Positions 1 to 15,244 of a stretch of 64,000 bases of DNA are shown here, one piece after another (position 1 is the stretch's first letter; each line of letters starts with the position of its first letter). The stretch comes from Chrysomallon squamiferum (taxonomy: Eukaryota; Animalia; Mollusca). The translations under genes and the position numbers were made by a program. Where the stretch lies: NCBI GenBank assembly GCA_012295275.1, contig CM022665.1:20956001-21020000 (forward strand), written 5' to 3'. The notes beneath the pieces were generated by a model. The model was not told where the DNA came from, ran no database searches, and worked only from the letters and a program-made list of their open reading frames with translations.

Positions 1-32
1 TTTCTTTGTTCGTTTTTATTCTTTACTTATTT

Positions 33-117
<85 letters not shown>

Positions 118-919
118 TTTGCATAAAGTATTTTGTGTTTTATTCTAACATTAAATCAGTGTTTACACAAAGATTTCTGAACACTGTCCCTTCACATTAA
201 ATGAACATTTGACATAAAATGTAGGTTACGTCATTTTTTTTTTCACAGTAAATATTTTACATAAAATGTAGATTTACGTCACTCCGTTACATTAAATCAC
301 TATTTCACAGTAACCGTTTCCAGTCACAGTGAACGACCGTTCTGTAACGAGTGCAAGCGGCCGTTACAGGCGAGCGTTACGCGAGTTTTACAAAGAAACC
401 GTTACAGAGCGAGTTTCATTACATTACGAAGACGATTAGAGTCGGAGCGGATAACTAAGACGAGATTTGACGTAACGTCACGAGGCGGAAGATGGGTGTC
501 ATTTTAACGTTAAAAAAATCTCTTACAATAATGAAAACCGACAGTTATTTCTCCAGTGGCAAATGCAATCTTGAAGAATGCGCGTATCTTCCAGACACGT
601 GCAAATGATATCGCGAGCGAACGTGCACACGTGCTCGCATTCTGAGAGAAAACACAGCGAGTCTGAATACATCCCCCGTGAAAATATTTTTCAAAACCTA
701 CATCGTTAAAAGTAAACAAAGCCACCTCGTTAGAAATGAACAAAAGGTCTCAGTTGAAAGGTTTCTGAAAAGTGTGTGTGTCTGGGTTTTTTTTTTTTTT
801 TTTCTTTCTTTCTTTCAGTTAAACTTAAGTTTTGTCCGTGATGACTGAACTGTTAGTAAATTAGAGTTATTTATAATCTTGAAGAACATAAATAATTAAA
901 AACCAGAAAAGTGAATAAG

Positions 920-961
<42 letters not shown>

Positions 962-1090
962 AAGTTCAGAAAACATTTATTAAAGAAGTATATGATGGAG
1001 AAGAGGAAAAGAAATTAGAAGAAAAATGATAGCAAAAAAAAAAAAAATTTTTAAAAACGTAAATTTTAAAACTTAAAGTGTAGAATAATG

Positions 1091-1123
<33 letters not shown>

Positions 1124-2395
1124 GTAGTAATAATAATAATAATAACAAAAAAAATAATAACAGTAACAATAATAATAATAAAAGTAGTAATATTAATAAT
1201 AATAACAAAAATAATAATAACAGTAATAATAACAACAACAATAATAATAATAATAATAAAATTTAGTGTAAGATAATAATTACGCACCTAATATTTCAAG
1301 GTAAGTACATTATTTAAATCAGATAAAAAACAACAACTATAATACACAATTTGCTGCTACTTCCGATACAGACTATTATAATTATAATATAACAACAAAA
1401 TGCACGGCAGAATAATGAAAAAAATTCAGAGTACGAATGTTCCGTCCAAAATAAATACAGGCATTCCCTTAAATTCGTAGATTCGTTGTTAACGTTGCTA
1501 TTCCCTGACTTATGAAACCAGACTATTAATATTGTCATGTCTCTGTGACACGCTGTAACAACAGTGTATATTACGCTGCCAAACTCCTCAGTTTTGCTTT
1601 ACGATCGTTTTCGGAGAACGATGCATACACGTAAATCGGAGTGTGTCTGTATATTATGAATGAATAACTGTACATGTTTTCGACCAGTTAAAATTGAAAA
1701 ATGTCATTAAACAACGGATCAGAAACAGTCTCAATTTACTACAGCAGAGGCCAGAGTTAACATCCTTTCTGCTAATCGTGCTAAGACTTGGTTCTTTTTC
1801 TTTCTGGACAACACAAAAGCTGAGTGGCAATGTACGAGTAAAAAAGGTATGTAGTTTTTACTGATACGCACGTGTTTTATAACGCTTTGATGTGACGCGA
1901 TTCAACAGTCATACAGGGCGGTAGACCAGGTGTGTTTGTATAGCAGCCCTCCAGGAAGAGTCGCTCACAATCCAAGACAAGAAAGCTCCCCTGGCTCGCC
2001 TGAAACGCTTTGTTATGAAATCACTATCATATGCGGGTAAGTGGTTTATGGATGCAGCATGGGGCAGAAAGGGGCTGTGAGATGCTGAAAACGTTTGGCA
2101 TTCACCACAACGTCAGTTTACTGAGTTTTATACAGTGATGATATACACGTCTACTTCAATTTTTCTTACCTCTTAAATAATGCATATGCACACACATATA
2201 CATACACACACGCGCGCGCGCGCGCGCGCAACACATGTATATTAATAGGTTATACACAAGAAAACTGTAGTGTTTTATAGAGAAAAACAACAACAAAAAC
2301 ACATCAACAATGTTGTTTTTTTGTTTTTTTTTAAATTTCTGTAGAATTATACTGACTTTATACGGTATTTAACTTTAACTTTAAATTTAAATTTA

Positions 2396-2502
<107 letters not shown>

Positions 2503-2802
2503 ACAAATAAATAAATAAATAAATTATAATGATTATGATGATATATATTATTATTATTATTTATTTTATTTTATTTATTCATTTATTTATTTATTTATTT
2601 TGTATTTATATTTATTTAAATGTCCAAATTTCAAATTTCTTGATCATTTCAAAACTTTAAATATTTAAAACGCCGTCCTTAAATAAAATTAAGCCAAACC
2701 GGTAACGTACATCTTGTTAATGAACAAATTAGATATAAGTTTCTCTTTCAGAATATTAAAAGAAATAAGTAAGTAAGTAAGTAAAAAAAAAAAAAAAAAA
2801 AA

Positions 2803-2835
<33 letters not shown>

Positions 2836-2851
2836 TAAAAATAAAAATAAA

Positions 2852-2903
<52 letters not shown>

Positions 2904-3219
2904 TAAATAAATCGTCTGAAGGATTGCAGGATCAGTACTCATGTCGGTTATTATCACAGATCTGTAAGCAACAGATCAACACTGTAGTAAATATTGCGGG
3001 ATTCAGGAATACATAGAAAGTAAAATTCCATTATTGTTGACGGATGCGTATAATTTTACTGTGTTTTCAGTAGTAGTAATCAAAGTAGTAATAATAGTAA
3101 TAATAATAGCAATTATAATAATAATAATAATCACGATGATGATAATAATAATAGATGTAATAATAATAATGACAACACTATCGACAACAACAATAATAAT
3201 AACATCAAACAACAACAGC

Positions 3220-3275
<56 letters not shown>

Positions 3276-3423
3276 AATAAGCAGAAGAAGAAAAATATAT
3301 AAATAAATATTGATTAAATAATGTAGTTAATCTTTATAATTAAATATTAGATTTTTAATAATGATGATAATGTGATGAAGATAATAACCATGTAATAATA
3401 AGGATGACAACACCATCAACAAC

Positions 3424-3481
<58 letters not shown>

Positions 3482-4855
3482 TAATAGTAATAATAACAAT
3501 TAAAATAATGATAGCAATGATGACGATGATGATGATGATAATAATAATAATAATAATAATAATAATCATCATCATCATAATAATATATGATATTAATAGA
3601 AGCAGAGCATATCACGTGACAAAAGCTTGTAAAATCATTTTTTCTTTTTCTTACGTCACAACAAAAATTAGACGTAACTTGGTAAAAACAAATAAATAAT
3701 CTTACTTATTTTATTGTTGTTTGTTTTTCCAACGAATGCCAGTTATAAACCTTGAACGACGCATTCCCGATTTGGCAAACACGGAGTGCAAAACCATTGA
3801 AAGAAAAAAACTTCCAATTTGCCAAATGATATTTATTAAGCTAACAACAACACAGCGACATTCCGAAGCTATAACTGCGTAGTAAGTTACCAGAACTGAC
3901 ACACCGAAGTAGCTGCTGTTCGCAAAACTCGACGTCGTAAAGACGTCTAGAATGGTGCAGATGTGACAACGTGGTGTTGGGATGAAATATTGCAGTCACA
4001 AAGTGAGGTGAACCACGAAGACCACGTCGTTACATAAACTATTTTGGAAAACGGGGTAGAGACCAACACGTTTGTAGCGAAGTAATCGTTGTTTAGTTTT
4101 CAGACACAGTGGAAGTATTGTTTAGACTACCGCTCATAACTGTCACACACACAAGAAAAGTTTCTCGATTAATTTTTCAGTTAAAAGTGTCGAATAAATA
4201 GTAGTGGTAGTTGTAGTAGTAGGGAGGAAGTGGTAGTAGCAATAGTAATAGTAGTAATAGTAGCAGTAGTAGTTGTTGTTGTTGTAATAGTACTCGTAGT
4301 AGTAATGGTAGTAGTAGTAGAAGTTGTAGGAATGGTAGTAGCAATAATTATAAATTGCAGAAACAGTAAAAGTATTTGTGATAGTTGTTAAGTAATACAA
4401 TAATATATATTGTGTACTTTAATAATAACATAAAACATAATACACTGAAATGTAATATAGTTCAATACAATACAATATATATAATATAATATAATATAAT
4501 ATAATATAATATAATATAATATAATATAATACAATACAATACAATACAATACAACTTAATATATTATAACGTAATAAAAAACACAAAATTATTTTTATTA
4601 TAAAATATGAAATGCACGTAGCTTATTTTTCTAACATAAATTATTATTAGGTTTATTTATTTATTTTTAAAAATGTTTCAAAATTGTTTTCTAAAATTCA
4701 TCAGTAACATTCATGATCTCCTTTATCTCCAGTATATACTGCAAAACATTTTTTATTTTCTTTCTTTTTCTATTTAAATTATTTTAATGTAAGAAAAAAG
4801 CATGCATTTTTCAAATATTTATTTGCCTCAACTTTATTATTATAATTATTATTAG

Positions 4856-4887
<32 letters not shown>

Positions 4888-5013
4888 TTATTTGTAACTA
4901 AGCAATAAAGTATGAATAAAATGTCAGAAGTATATGCGTAAAGATTCTATACTGGTGTCTGTGTAAAACGTATTTATGATATTATATACATACATATGAA
5001 CATTACACATATA

Positions 5014-5246
5014 CAGTGGCATGCAGAGGTCTGGGGCCAACTCCTTGATTGTATGCTCCTAAGAGTCAAGTATAAGGCCTAGTACTGAAGAATATTACGA
5101 AAAAGGAAAATATTATGAATATGTAAACACAGATGAAACCATAAAATAAACACAAATTTATTAAGTTCTTTTCTCTGACTGCTTGCCCACACCATTTGGA
5201 TACCCGGGGCCACCGCCCTTTCGGACCCCTCCTTTGCACGCCACTG
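5014..5246. mobile_element. non-autonomous hAT-like MITE (233 bp)
   Basis: 16-bp terminal inverted repeats: CAGTGGCATGCAGAGG (5014-5029) vs the reverse complement of 5231-5246, CAGTGGCGTGCAAAGG (14/16). Flanking 8-mers CACATATA / CATATATA match 7/8, consistent with an 8-bp TSD. CAG termini are typical of hAT elements. Confidence 0.72.
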
Positions 5247-5577
5247 CATATATACATATATGTGTGTCTGCGTGTGGGGGTGGTGGTGTGTGTTTGTGTG
5301 GATGTATGTATCTATGTATGAATGTATATATGTATGTAAAACATCATAAATACGTTTACATTTTAGAGAGACAAAAATCATAGAATGTTTAAAAATAAAT
5401 GACAACCATATTGACATAATTACGTTGATTTATATATTTTCCATTTATTTTTTTTTTTTTTTTCAATATAATTAAACAAACCTATTTACTAATAAAACTA
5501 ATGCATAAAAGTGTGATTTATGATACATTTAGCATACTGAAGTAATTAAATATTTAAATAACATGATGACGTTCCAC

Positions 5578-5637
5578 ACACCACTATGGAGTGATTTGAC
5601 TGTTTTCTTATAAACAACTGAAAATTATGAACTCGTC
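5578..5637 (+). promoter_or_regulatory. putative snRNA proximal sequence element (PSE) region of U4 copy 1
   Basis: 60-bp upstream block beginning ACACCACTATGGAGTGA at about -60, the usual PSE position. It is conserved (3 mismatches) upstream of copy 2, and homology stops abruptly further upstream. Confidence 0.45.
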
Positions 5638-5778
5638 AACTTTGCGCAGTGGCGATACCGTAGCCAGTGAGGTTTATCCGAGGCGTGGTTATTTCTAGTT
5701 GAAAACTATTCCCAATACCTAGAACTGACGCCCTTAACTGGGCGGTAAGTTCAATTTTTTATAGCTGCTACGGGGGCA
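5638..5778 (+). ncRNA. U4: U4 spliceosomal snRNA-like copy 1 (variant gene or pseudogene)
   Basis: AACTTTGCGCAGTGGCGATACCGTAGCCAGTGAGGTTTATCCGAGGCGTGGTTATT...GAAAACTATTCCCAATACC matches the metazoan U4 5' domain (U6 stem II and k-turn). Also has a 3' hairpin GAACT..CGCCC/GGGCG..AGTTC, an Sm-like AATTTTTT and a terminal cUACGg loop; ~141 nt. Confidence 0.9.
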
Positions 5779-5977
5779 AATTAAACAAACAAAAATAATA
5801 CATGTCTTTAATATCAACAAAAATCTAATGACATCGGATTAAAGATTAATTTTATTGTTTCAGAATATAATTATAATTATATATATATATATATATATAT
5901 ATTTTACAGGCGCTAATTAACGAAACAAAACAATAATACATAAAATATTTTATGTTTTCTCTTTCTCTCTCTTAAAA

Positions 5978-6019
<42 letters not shown>

Positions 6020-6137
6020 TAAATAATTTAAAAGAAATGACAATAACAGCAGCAATAAACTGAAACCAAATTATTTAAATATGTAAAACAAAATAGAGAC
6101 ATTTTTTTTAAAACATTATTTCACACTTAAAAAAAAG

Positions 6138-6170
<33 letters not shown>

Positions 6171-6970
6171 AAAAGAAGAAGAAAAATGCTTGAAAGTTAG
6201 AAATTTATGACATGTTGAAAATTAGAAATAAGAAAAGTACCAGGCGACCCGTATCATGTTTGAACCATTAAGTCTTGGTTTGATAAGTAAAAGAAAGAGA
6301 GAGAAAAAAACGTTGAGAGGTAACTTGTGTGAATGTTTTATGGTTTCTTCGCTTTATCTCTGTTCCAATCTCTCGTTCATTCCCGCCGGAGATCACAACC
6401 ACTTTCACGGTTGCTCCTTTCTTGACGTGGACGTCGTAAAGTTGGCGTTTGATTGCCGCTCACGTCGTTACGTCCTTGCCGTGTAGTCGCTCACCCACGA
6501 CTATCGTCGTTGTCGCGTTATTAAAGTGACAAGCACCGAAAATGACGTCATCGCCTTCGTGCCACTTTCTTGCTTTTGGCAGGACCCACATTTTGTCGGA
6601 GAAGTGAGTGGAGAAAATTGGTTTCTGTGACGCTTGTCTTTGATTGAATGTGACTGCTGTCATTCTGTTTCAAGTCACTGTGACGTTGTGAATGGTGTGG
6701 ACGTGGTTATTCTGTTTTAGCTTCTTGTGGAAAAAAAGAAAGATGTTAATATATATATATATATATATATATATACTGATTATATATATTCGGTTAGGTT
6801 CAAAATATTTTAGAGCAAAAATTCAATCATTTTAACATTAGAAAGTACTGAAATAGTTCGTTTCGGATTGTTTATAATGAAAATTGAAATTAATATTAGA
6901 TTTTAATTTAATATTTTAATTATTATACCGCTAGTTTATATATTTATTTATTTGTTATGATGCAGTTGGA

Positions 6971-7009
<39 letters not shown>

Positions 7010-8369
7010 TGTCGTCGTTGTTGTTATTATTAATATTATTGTCATTGTTGCTCTTATTGTATTATCATTATTATTATTTATTTCTCGGAGACTAAATTAT
7101 TACAGTTGGTATCTAAATAAGTAAGTAAATAGGTATGTAAATAAGTACATGAAAGAAAAAAAACGAACAACAAAACTGAATTAAAATGAAGCAGATGCAG
7201 CAACAGCAACACTTATTAAACAAACAAACAATTAAATAAATACATTTTCTAATTAATTAATTAACAATAATTAAAAAGTAACAAAGTCAAAATAACAAGA
7301 AGGACACTTCAAGTTTCAGATTTACATGTTTGTTTCTCTGTTGTTTGTTTTATAACAAATGTTTTCAATCAAACGCGTGTTCATCTGTAAAACACACACA
7401 CACACACAACACAAATGACCAACACTGTCACGTGACAACAATAAACTGACGATATTGGGTGTAACGTAAACATCATCAGTCCGAATTTCAGCTGCGTCCC
7501 GCTGTTTTCATTCACGGTTTGCACGTGCAGATGAAATCATTTGCTTGAAGAGCAGAAAGTCGCAGAGTTTGATGATGTTTTATTGTCTCAGAGTTTCAGA
7601 AATGTGAACCTAAAACTATAATATATCTAATGAATCGTTTAACTATGTGAGTGTTATGTTCTTACAAAAAATATGTATGAGAAAAATACAGGACTTTTAT
7701 ATATAAAATATATGTATATAACAGAAACAGAAACCATACACACACGCGCGCGCGCACACACACATATGTATATACGTATATACAGTTTCGTTTTATTTAT
7801 TTATTTTTAGTCTTCGCTATTACTGTTGCTGTTGTTGTTCTTCTTATTATTACATACTGTCATTATTTATTTACTTATTTATTTTGATAAACAAAACATA
7901 AACAGTAAATAGGATGGTTGATAGCTAGATGGGAGATGTGGAGTAGATTCGATCCTGCAACACGTCGCTTCTCGCTCCCACACTGAACCGAAGTTTGATA
8001 TATGTTAACAACTCTGTCAGTTTCTCATCGCTAGGAGAGTGTAAAACAGCGTAATTCACTTGACTACAGCTACAACTCTGACACTTATACGAACCAAGAC
8101 ACGGTCACTACGTTATAAAAAGCAGTCATCCGTGTAACTATCTGCCACAATTCATTACCAGGATCAGCGAGGCGTAACTAGCAGTTATGACGTCACATAT
8201 GAGTCTAGTGTAAGTAAACAAATCAATCAAGGAACGGTTTCTGTTGTAAGGATCGAGTTTGAATGGTTACAAAGTATTAATCTTTATGTGGAATATAATG
8301 AGATGAATCTCAGTTCACTATCAGATTAACTGTGGTTACTCCCACTTACCCCATTCTAACTAATATTTT

Positions 8370-8451
<82 letters not shown>

Positions 8452-8889
8452 GTTTATTACTAGACAGCTAAAAGAAAGCTATGGAGTTGGAAAAAGATAT
8501 ATTTTTATAATAATAATAATGATGATGATGACGATGATGATGAGCATCATGATGATAATAATAATGAAATAGCAACAATAAAAGTAATAATAATAACCAA
8601 AACAACAACAACAACAACAACAAAAAAAAATAATAATAATAGTAATAATAATAATGGTAATAACAACAACAACAACAGCAACAACAATAACAATAGTAAT
8701 AACGATAAAGAAAGATCGACATATTCACCGAAAACAAACATCTATTTATTATGATCAGACTGACAATTTTTAAAATTATTGATATTTGTACTGCCACCAT
8801 CAATTAGTTACATAATTTTTACTGAGTTCAGATCTCGTGCATTTAACAACAACAAAAAAAAAAAAAAAAAAAAAAATAGAAGAAGAGAG

Positions 8890-8920
<31 letters not shown>

Positions 8921-9553
8921 AGAAAGAAAATTACAAGTGAGTGATGAAAATTAGAAAATGAAATTTAGAAGACATCGAAGACTCTCGTAAACGAAAACAG
9001 TTGCAGATTTAACTAAAGAATGCATAAAACAATACCAGAGCAAAGGAACCCGAAAAAAACATTGAACTGGAACAATAGCATTGCCATGGTTAAACCAACT
9101 GGGACAATAACTGCAGTGCACGTTTCAAATAAATAAACGAGGAATGAAGAAACTATGATTAAACAAGTTCGGACGATGACTGCAGTATGCGTTTAAAACA
9201 AACGAACGATTTATAAATAAAACTGTGGTTAAGCTCGCCTTTCCTGGGCACACACTTGTGTAAGATTCTCTCAAACAAATTATCTACTGACAGGTCTTAA
9301 TTAGTCCACGCACCTCACTGAGCGAGTGGAGACGCTGGGTAGCAATCTGAAGTAATTACAATTACTAAGTCAAAACGGCTGCTGCCCGCCATAAAACGGT
9401 CACTCAGTTATTGTCAGTATTACAGAGATAGTCAAAGTGAGAAAATAAAATTAGCATTTTGTTTACACGGCATAATGCATAGTAAATTGTTTATGTATTT
9501 TTTACAATTTATTTGTGTAATAATAATAATAACAGCAACAACAGTAGTAGTAA

Positions 9554-9594
<41 letters not shown>

Positions 9595-10211
9595 ATTATA
9601 ATAATTATAGTAGTAGTAGTAATGGTAATGATGATAATGATGATGATGATGATGATGATGGATGACGGTGATAATAACAATAATGACAATAACAACGGTA
9701 ACAATGATCATAATAACCAAATAAATATTTAAAATAAATGTAATAAGGTGATTAAGCATACCTGAGAAAATGTAAATAACATTTTGTGTTCACAGTATAA
9801 TAAGTTGTATATGTATTACTTATAATCTACAGATAATAAAATATTTAAAATAACTTCAGCAAGATGATGAATATGAGAAATCAACTTCCCCTCAGAAAAA
9901 TGTATTTTTCATTTTGTTTACAGCAGCGTAATTTGTAGTAAGGTATGTATGTGTTATTTGTATGTGTATATAACAAATATACGTACGTATGCTCTCGCTT
10001 TTAGAGACGCAAAACATATTTACAAAATATATTAACACCACATACAAAAGGCATTCTCAAAACATTTCCTATTTTTGTCATTACACATACACACACACAC
10101 ACATACACATACATACACACACACAAAAGACACACAGACTCGCACAAAAACAAACACTGACGCATTCACAAACAAACAAAAACAGACACAAATATGCATG
10201 CATATACACAT

Positions 10212-10263
<52 letters not shown>

Positions 10264-10758
10264 GCGTTAAATAAATATCACAACCTTTAAATCTTTTCTG
10301 ACATTTTCTGTCAATGAGAATATTATATTTATTTTAAAATGTCACACAAGTTATGTTTAAGTGCAAATCAAAGCCAGCAACATAAAAAAGAATTCATAAT
10401 AATGATATTTGTAATATAAACACAAAACGTCTGTTTGAAATTATATTTAACTTGTTTAAAGATCATTTCTTTAAAATAAATAAATAAATAAATTGAAATA
10501 AAATAAAATAAAATAATTAAAATAAAATAAAATAAATATATAAAGAATAAATAAAATATTAAAATACAAAATAAAATAAAACAAATATATAAAGAATAAA
10601 TAAAATATTAAAATACAAAATAAAATAAAATAAAGATTAAAAACAAAAGATGGACTGATGATGACAACAACAGTAGCAGCAGCAGCAGCAGCAGTAGTAG
10701 TAGCAGTAGTAGTAGTAGCAGTAGTAGTAGTAATAGTAGTAGCAGCAGTAGTAGTAGT

Positions 10759-10796
<38 letters not shown>

Positions 10797-11481
10797 TAGT
10801 AATTTTAAAACCCAAATAAATTTCATTATACTTTTAAAACATCTGTAAAGATGGACAAGAAGTTGTAATAATATTTTGCTTTAGTTAAATATTTCTCTTC
10901 TTCTGTAACTTGTGCTTTCAGTTTGACTAAACTGTATCTACATTCATAATCTAAACAAAAAATTAAAAAAAAAAAAAAAAAAAAAAAAGAAAGTAAGAAA
11001 GAAAGAAAAAAGAGGATATTTAAAATAACTTTAACAAGATGATGAATACACAGGAACGTCAGTTAATACGTAAATACCACAGATATCATCTAGAAATGAG
11101 GAAAACGTCATTAACACGAAGTGTGCTTGTTTGTTTGCTCACAATCCTACTTGTTTACTCAGTTACATACTTGTTTATATTTTTATTTACTTACTGGTTT
11201 ATTTATTTATTTGTTTGTTTGTTTGTTTGTTGTTTTTTTTTTTTTTTTTTATTTATCATCATAATAAATCCAGGATTATAAGAATATAAAATAGTTTTTT
11301 TTTTAAGTGCTAACATCATCATCATAATCGTCGTCGTCTTCATCATCGTTATTATTATTATTATTATTATTATTACTGCTACCACTACCATAACTACTAT
11401 TACTATTACTATCATCATTACTACTACTACTACCACTACTGTTGCTGCTGCTACTACTACTACTACTATAACCACTACCAT

Positions 11482-11515
<34 letters not shown>

Positions 11516-12634
11516 ACTACTACTACTATGATCACTACCATTACTACTGCTACTACTACTATACTACTATACTACTATTATTATTATTATTTTTATTACA
11601 TTTGTTAGACATCAGAAGTAAAGAACTTTTACGTAGGTAAAGTTTTGTGCAGACACAGTGGGAACACTAACCACTGAACTACAGAACAAACACTGGATCA
11701 ACTGCTACATCTACATCATCATCATCATCATCATTATCATTATCATTTGCACAAATCTATAAAACAGAAATCGGTTTAAAGAAGAAGAAGAAGAAAGTCG
11801 TACGACTATTACTATTAATAATTTGTTTTTCTTTCTTTTTATCTCCCTCCCTTTGTTCTGCGATCCAGTCTTCCGTGTTAACATTGTCTTCGTTCCGATC
11901 TCTGTCCAAACGACGACCCAACGCTCGCGATGCCCTGGCCTAAATCACAAAACGAATTCCACCACCGTATGTTCTCTGCCGTCGTAATGGTCGCTGTCAC
12001 AGCTTGGTGACTTCCTCAAATTCCTCGCCATGATGGACAGCTACTTCAATGACGCCAACGTCTTATTCCGGCATACCAGCATCGAAAACTTCTGTCTTGG
12101 TAAAATTGGATTTCTTCAGACATGTGAACCTAATGTGTTTGTATTCAATAAAACGGCTTAGAGCATTCCCACTGTACGGTTTTATGGGTCAATAGATTTT
12201 GACGATGTAGCGGCTGCCGTTGTCGTAAATATCAGAATAAAGAGATCAACGTGAGGTTCTTTTCAACAGATGATATCTCGTAAAATATATTAGATATATA
12301 TTAGTGCTTATGTATGTATGTATGTATGTATGTATGTATGTATGTATGTATGTATGTATGTGTGTGTGTGTGTATGTATATGTGTGTCTATGCGTGTATA
12401 TGTATGCCTATATATGTGTGTGTATATATATAATTGATAGATAGATAGACAGATATATATATATACACACACATATATACATATACACACATATACACAC
12501 ACACACACTTATATATATATATATATATATATATTACATAGCTCTTTATATTTTACGAAATACCTATTTATATACATATACATATATATATATATATATG
12601 AGTGTGTTTTAGTGTGTGTGTGTTTGTGTGTGTT

Positions 12635-12717
<83 letters not shown>

Positions 12718-13176
12718 GAGAGATAGGTTGATAGATAGACAGAAAGAGAGACAGACAATGATAATATGACCAAAAAAATAAGACAAAGATGTTAAACGGT
12801 CGTTTGTTTATAGACAGTAAAAAAAAAAAAAAAAAAATTGTTCGAAGATTATACTAAACTGACGTCAATTTAAGTTGCCAGGGTAAGGACTAATACTGTG
12901 ATCAGTCACTCTAACCACTGGGCCAATTCCACAAAAAGAGAAAGAGAAAAGTCACATCAGTATTACAGAATTAGGAAGAGCTGTCTGGTTACCATCGGAG
13001 ATGTATTTCTTTGACTAATAAATGTACGAGAATTGTTTTCATCATAACATTGGATCCTTAAATAATACTTTTAAATTATTTTTTTAAGGTTTACGGACCC
13101 GAGAAATGTTTAATATTATTCTAATAACTGTTATATCTATTTTGGTGTGCAGATATTTATTTTATATGTAACTGCA

Positions 13177-13269
<93 letters not shown>

Positions 13270-13296
13270 GTCTGTCTGTAGATATATGTGTGTGTG

Positions 13297-13334
<38 letters not shown>

Positions 13335-14060
13335 AATGTTCCATGTGCGCGTGCATCTGCGTATGTGCGTACATGTGTATGTGCTCCAAAAGCACTCCAA
13401 TGTATTACCAATATTTAATGTTCATTCCGCTTCCAAGAACGAAGAATATATTCACAAACAAAACAAAACTAGAAACACCAACACTAGAAAATAAAATATT
13501 GCTGCTTACAGTATATTTCATACATGCAGTGTGTGTCGTGCAGACGTTCTGAAAGCACGTGCCAGTACACGGAATGATAAATGCAACGGGACAGGGAGGT
13601 TAATGAATAGTACCGACTGGAACCCGCCGCTTTGCGCTGAACCCAGAACCAGTCTAGTACTGTTTGTGCGCGTTCTGACAATGCGTAATGTTTCTGTCAA
13701 ATAAAGTTTTGAAAAAAAACGTCGTGTACCAGTCGATTGTAATTACCTTTCACACACGTTTTTCTCTCTGCCAGATGTTTGTGGCAGTTTTACTCGAAGC
13801 AAGGCAGACTTACTTCATTTTTATATTGATTTCAATTTGTAATTCCATTTTTAAAAAAAAAAAAAAAAACAAGAAGAACGAAAAAAGACCGCTTTGTTCT
13901 AGCGTTTTTCTTGTTTTTCTGAGTCAAGGTCTTCTGCTCTGACTCTAATGAACCGAACGTTTGAAAGAATTTTGAAAGAAAGATATATATGAGCAGTAGT
14001 AGTAATAGTAATACTGTGGTGGTAGTAGTAACAGCAGCTGCAGCACTAGCAGTAGTAGAA

Positions 14061-14138
14061 GTAAAAAAATCAGTTATAAAATGTTTATTCTCTTGGTCGT
14101 AAGTTACGACTCGTTTATGAAGCAAGTTGTAAAGTTTT
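14061..14138. repeat. dispersed ~77-bp repeat copy A with internal palindrome GTCGTAA-G-TTACGAC
   Basis: Aligns to 15245-15321; both copies are preceded by similar AGC/AGT-rich tracts. Confidence 0.75.
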
Positions 14139-15244
14139 ACTTCTACTGCTGTTTTGTAATGAACGATTATCTAGTAAAAATATTTATTATTTTTGAACTG
14201 ATGAGAGGAAACCAGCTAATTTGGACATTTAAGAACCAACAAAGAGTAATTTGTATCTATACACTTCAAGAATCAAAAGAACATTCCCTTTGATTTGTCA
14301 GTCTTTATACAACTGATTTAAATTAATAAAAAAATAATCCAAATAGCAGCCAACAGAATCGATCCCGCGATCCATCGTGGCTCAGACAAGTGCGTTAATC
14401 AGCAAGTCAGTGATGAAAGGAGAAGAATGACATGAAAGTGAAGGTTACAAATATCGTTGTTGTTCTACCATCAATTGTACATTCAGCTGACGTTCGCCTT
14501 GCTCTGTAACAGAAACGAGGCTTACCAATGCTTCTTAGCGCTTTGTTTAAATTTGCCAAATTGTTTCAATCCTCGGCGAATTGCGCACATAATGAGTGGA
14601 TTCCTCCGCTTCACAGACATAAAATATTGCCCACAAATTAAGACGCACGTTTGAGCTTAACCGTCCAAATCACAGAGAATAAGAATCACTGAGGAAATCA
14701 CTGGTTTGTTTTAAGTAGTAGTTAAAAACTGCTTTAATGATATATATATATGAATGAATGAATGAAGAGAGAAAGAAAGAAAAAAGGTAAGTTAGTAAAG
14801 AAAGAAAAAAATAAAGAAATAAGTAAGTAAATAAGGAAAGAAAGAGAAGTAAAGAAATAAAGAAGTAAATAAGTAAATAAAAGAAGAAAGAAAGAAAACA
14901 AACAAAGAAACAAAGAAAAAAAGAAAGAAATACTCAGCGAGAAAGAGTAAAAATATTCGTAGATTTATTTACGTGTTCTTAGGAGTGTTAATGAAAATGT
15001 TGCTTCTAATAATAACTGCAACTAATAGTAGTTGCGTCAAAAACAGCAACATCAGCAGCAGTAAAAAAATATATAAAGTAGGAATAACAGAAATAGTAAT
15101 AATAGTACTATCAGTAATAGAAGTAGTAGTGATGGTTATGGTGGTAGTATTAAAAGTTGTAGTAGTAGTAGTGGCAGTATTAGAAGGGTGGTGGTTATAG
15201 AAATACTAGTAGCAGCAGCAGCTGCAACAGTAGCAGTAGCTGTA

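Noticed and set aside
1291-1308. Isolated consensus donor AAG|GTAAGT (others near 2036 and 14786)
   Set aside because: No associated exon or acceptor; expected by chance in AT-rich DNA.
12030-12105. Short ATG-initiated stretch MMDSYFNDANVLFRHTSIENFCL before G|GTAAAA
   Set aside because: No recognisable family, weak donor, no compatible downstream exon identified.
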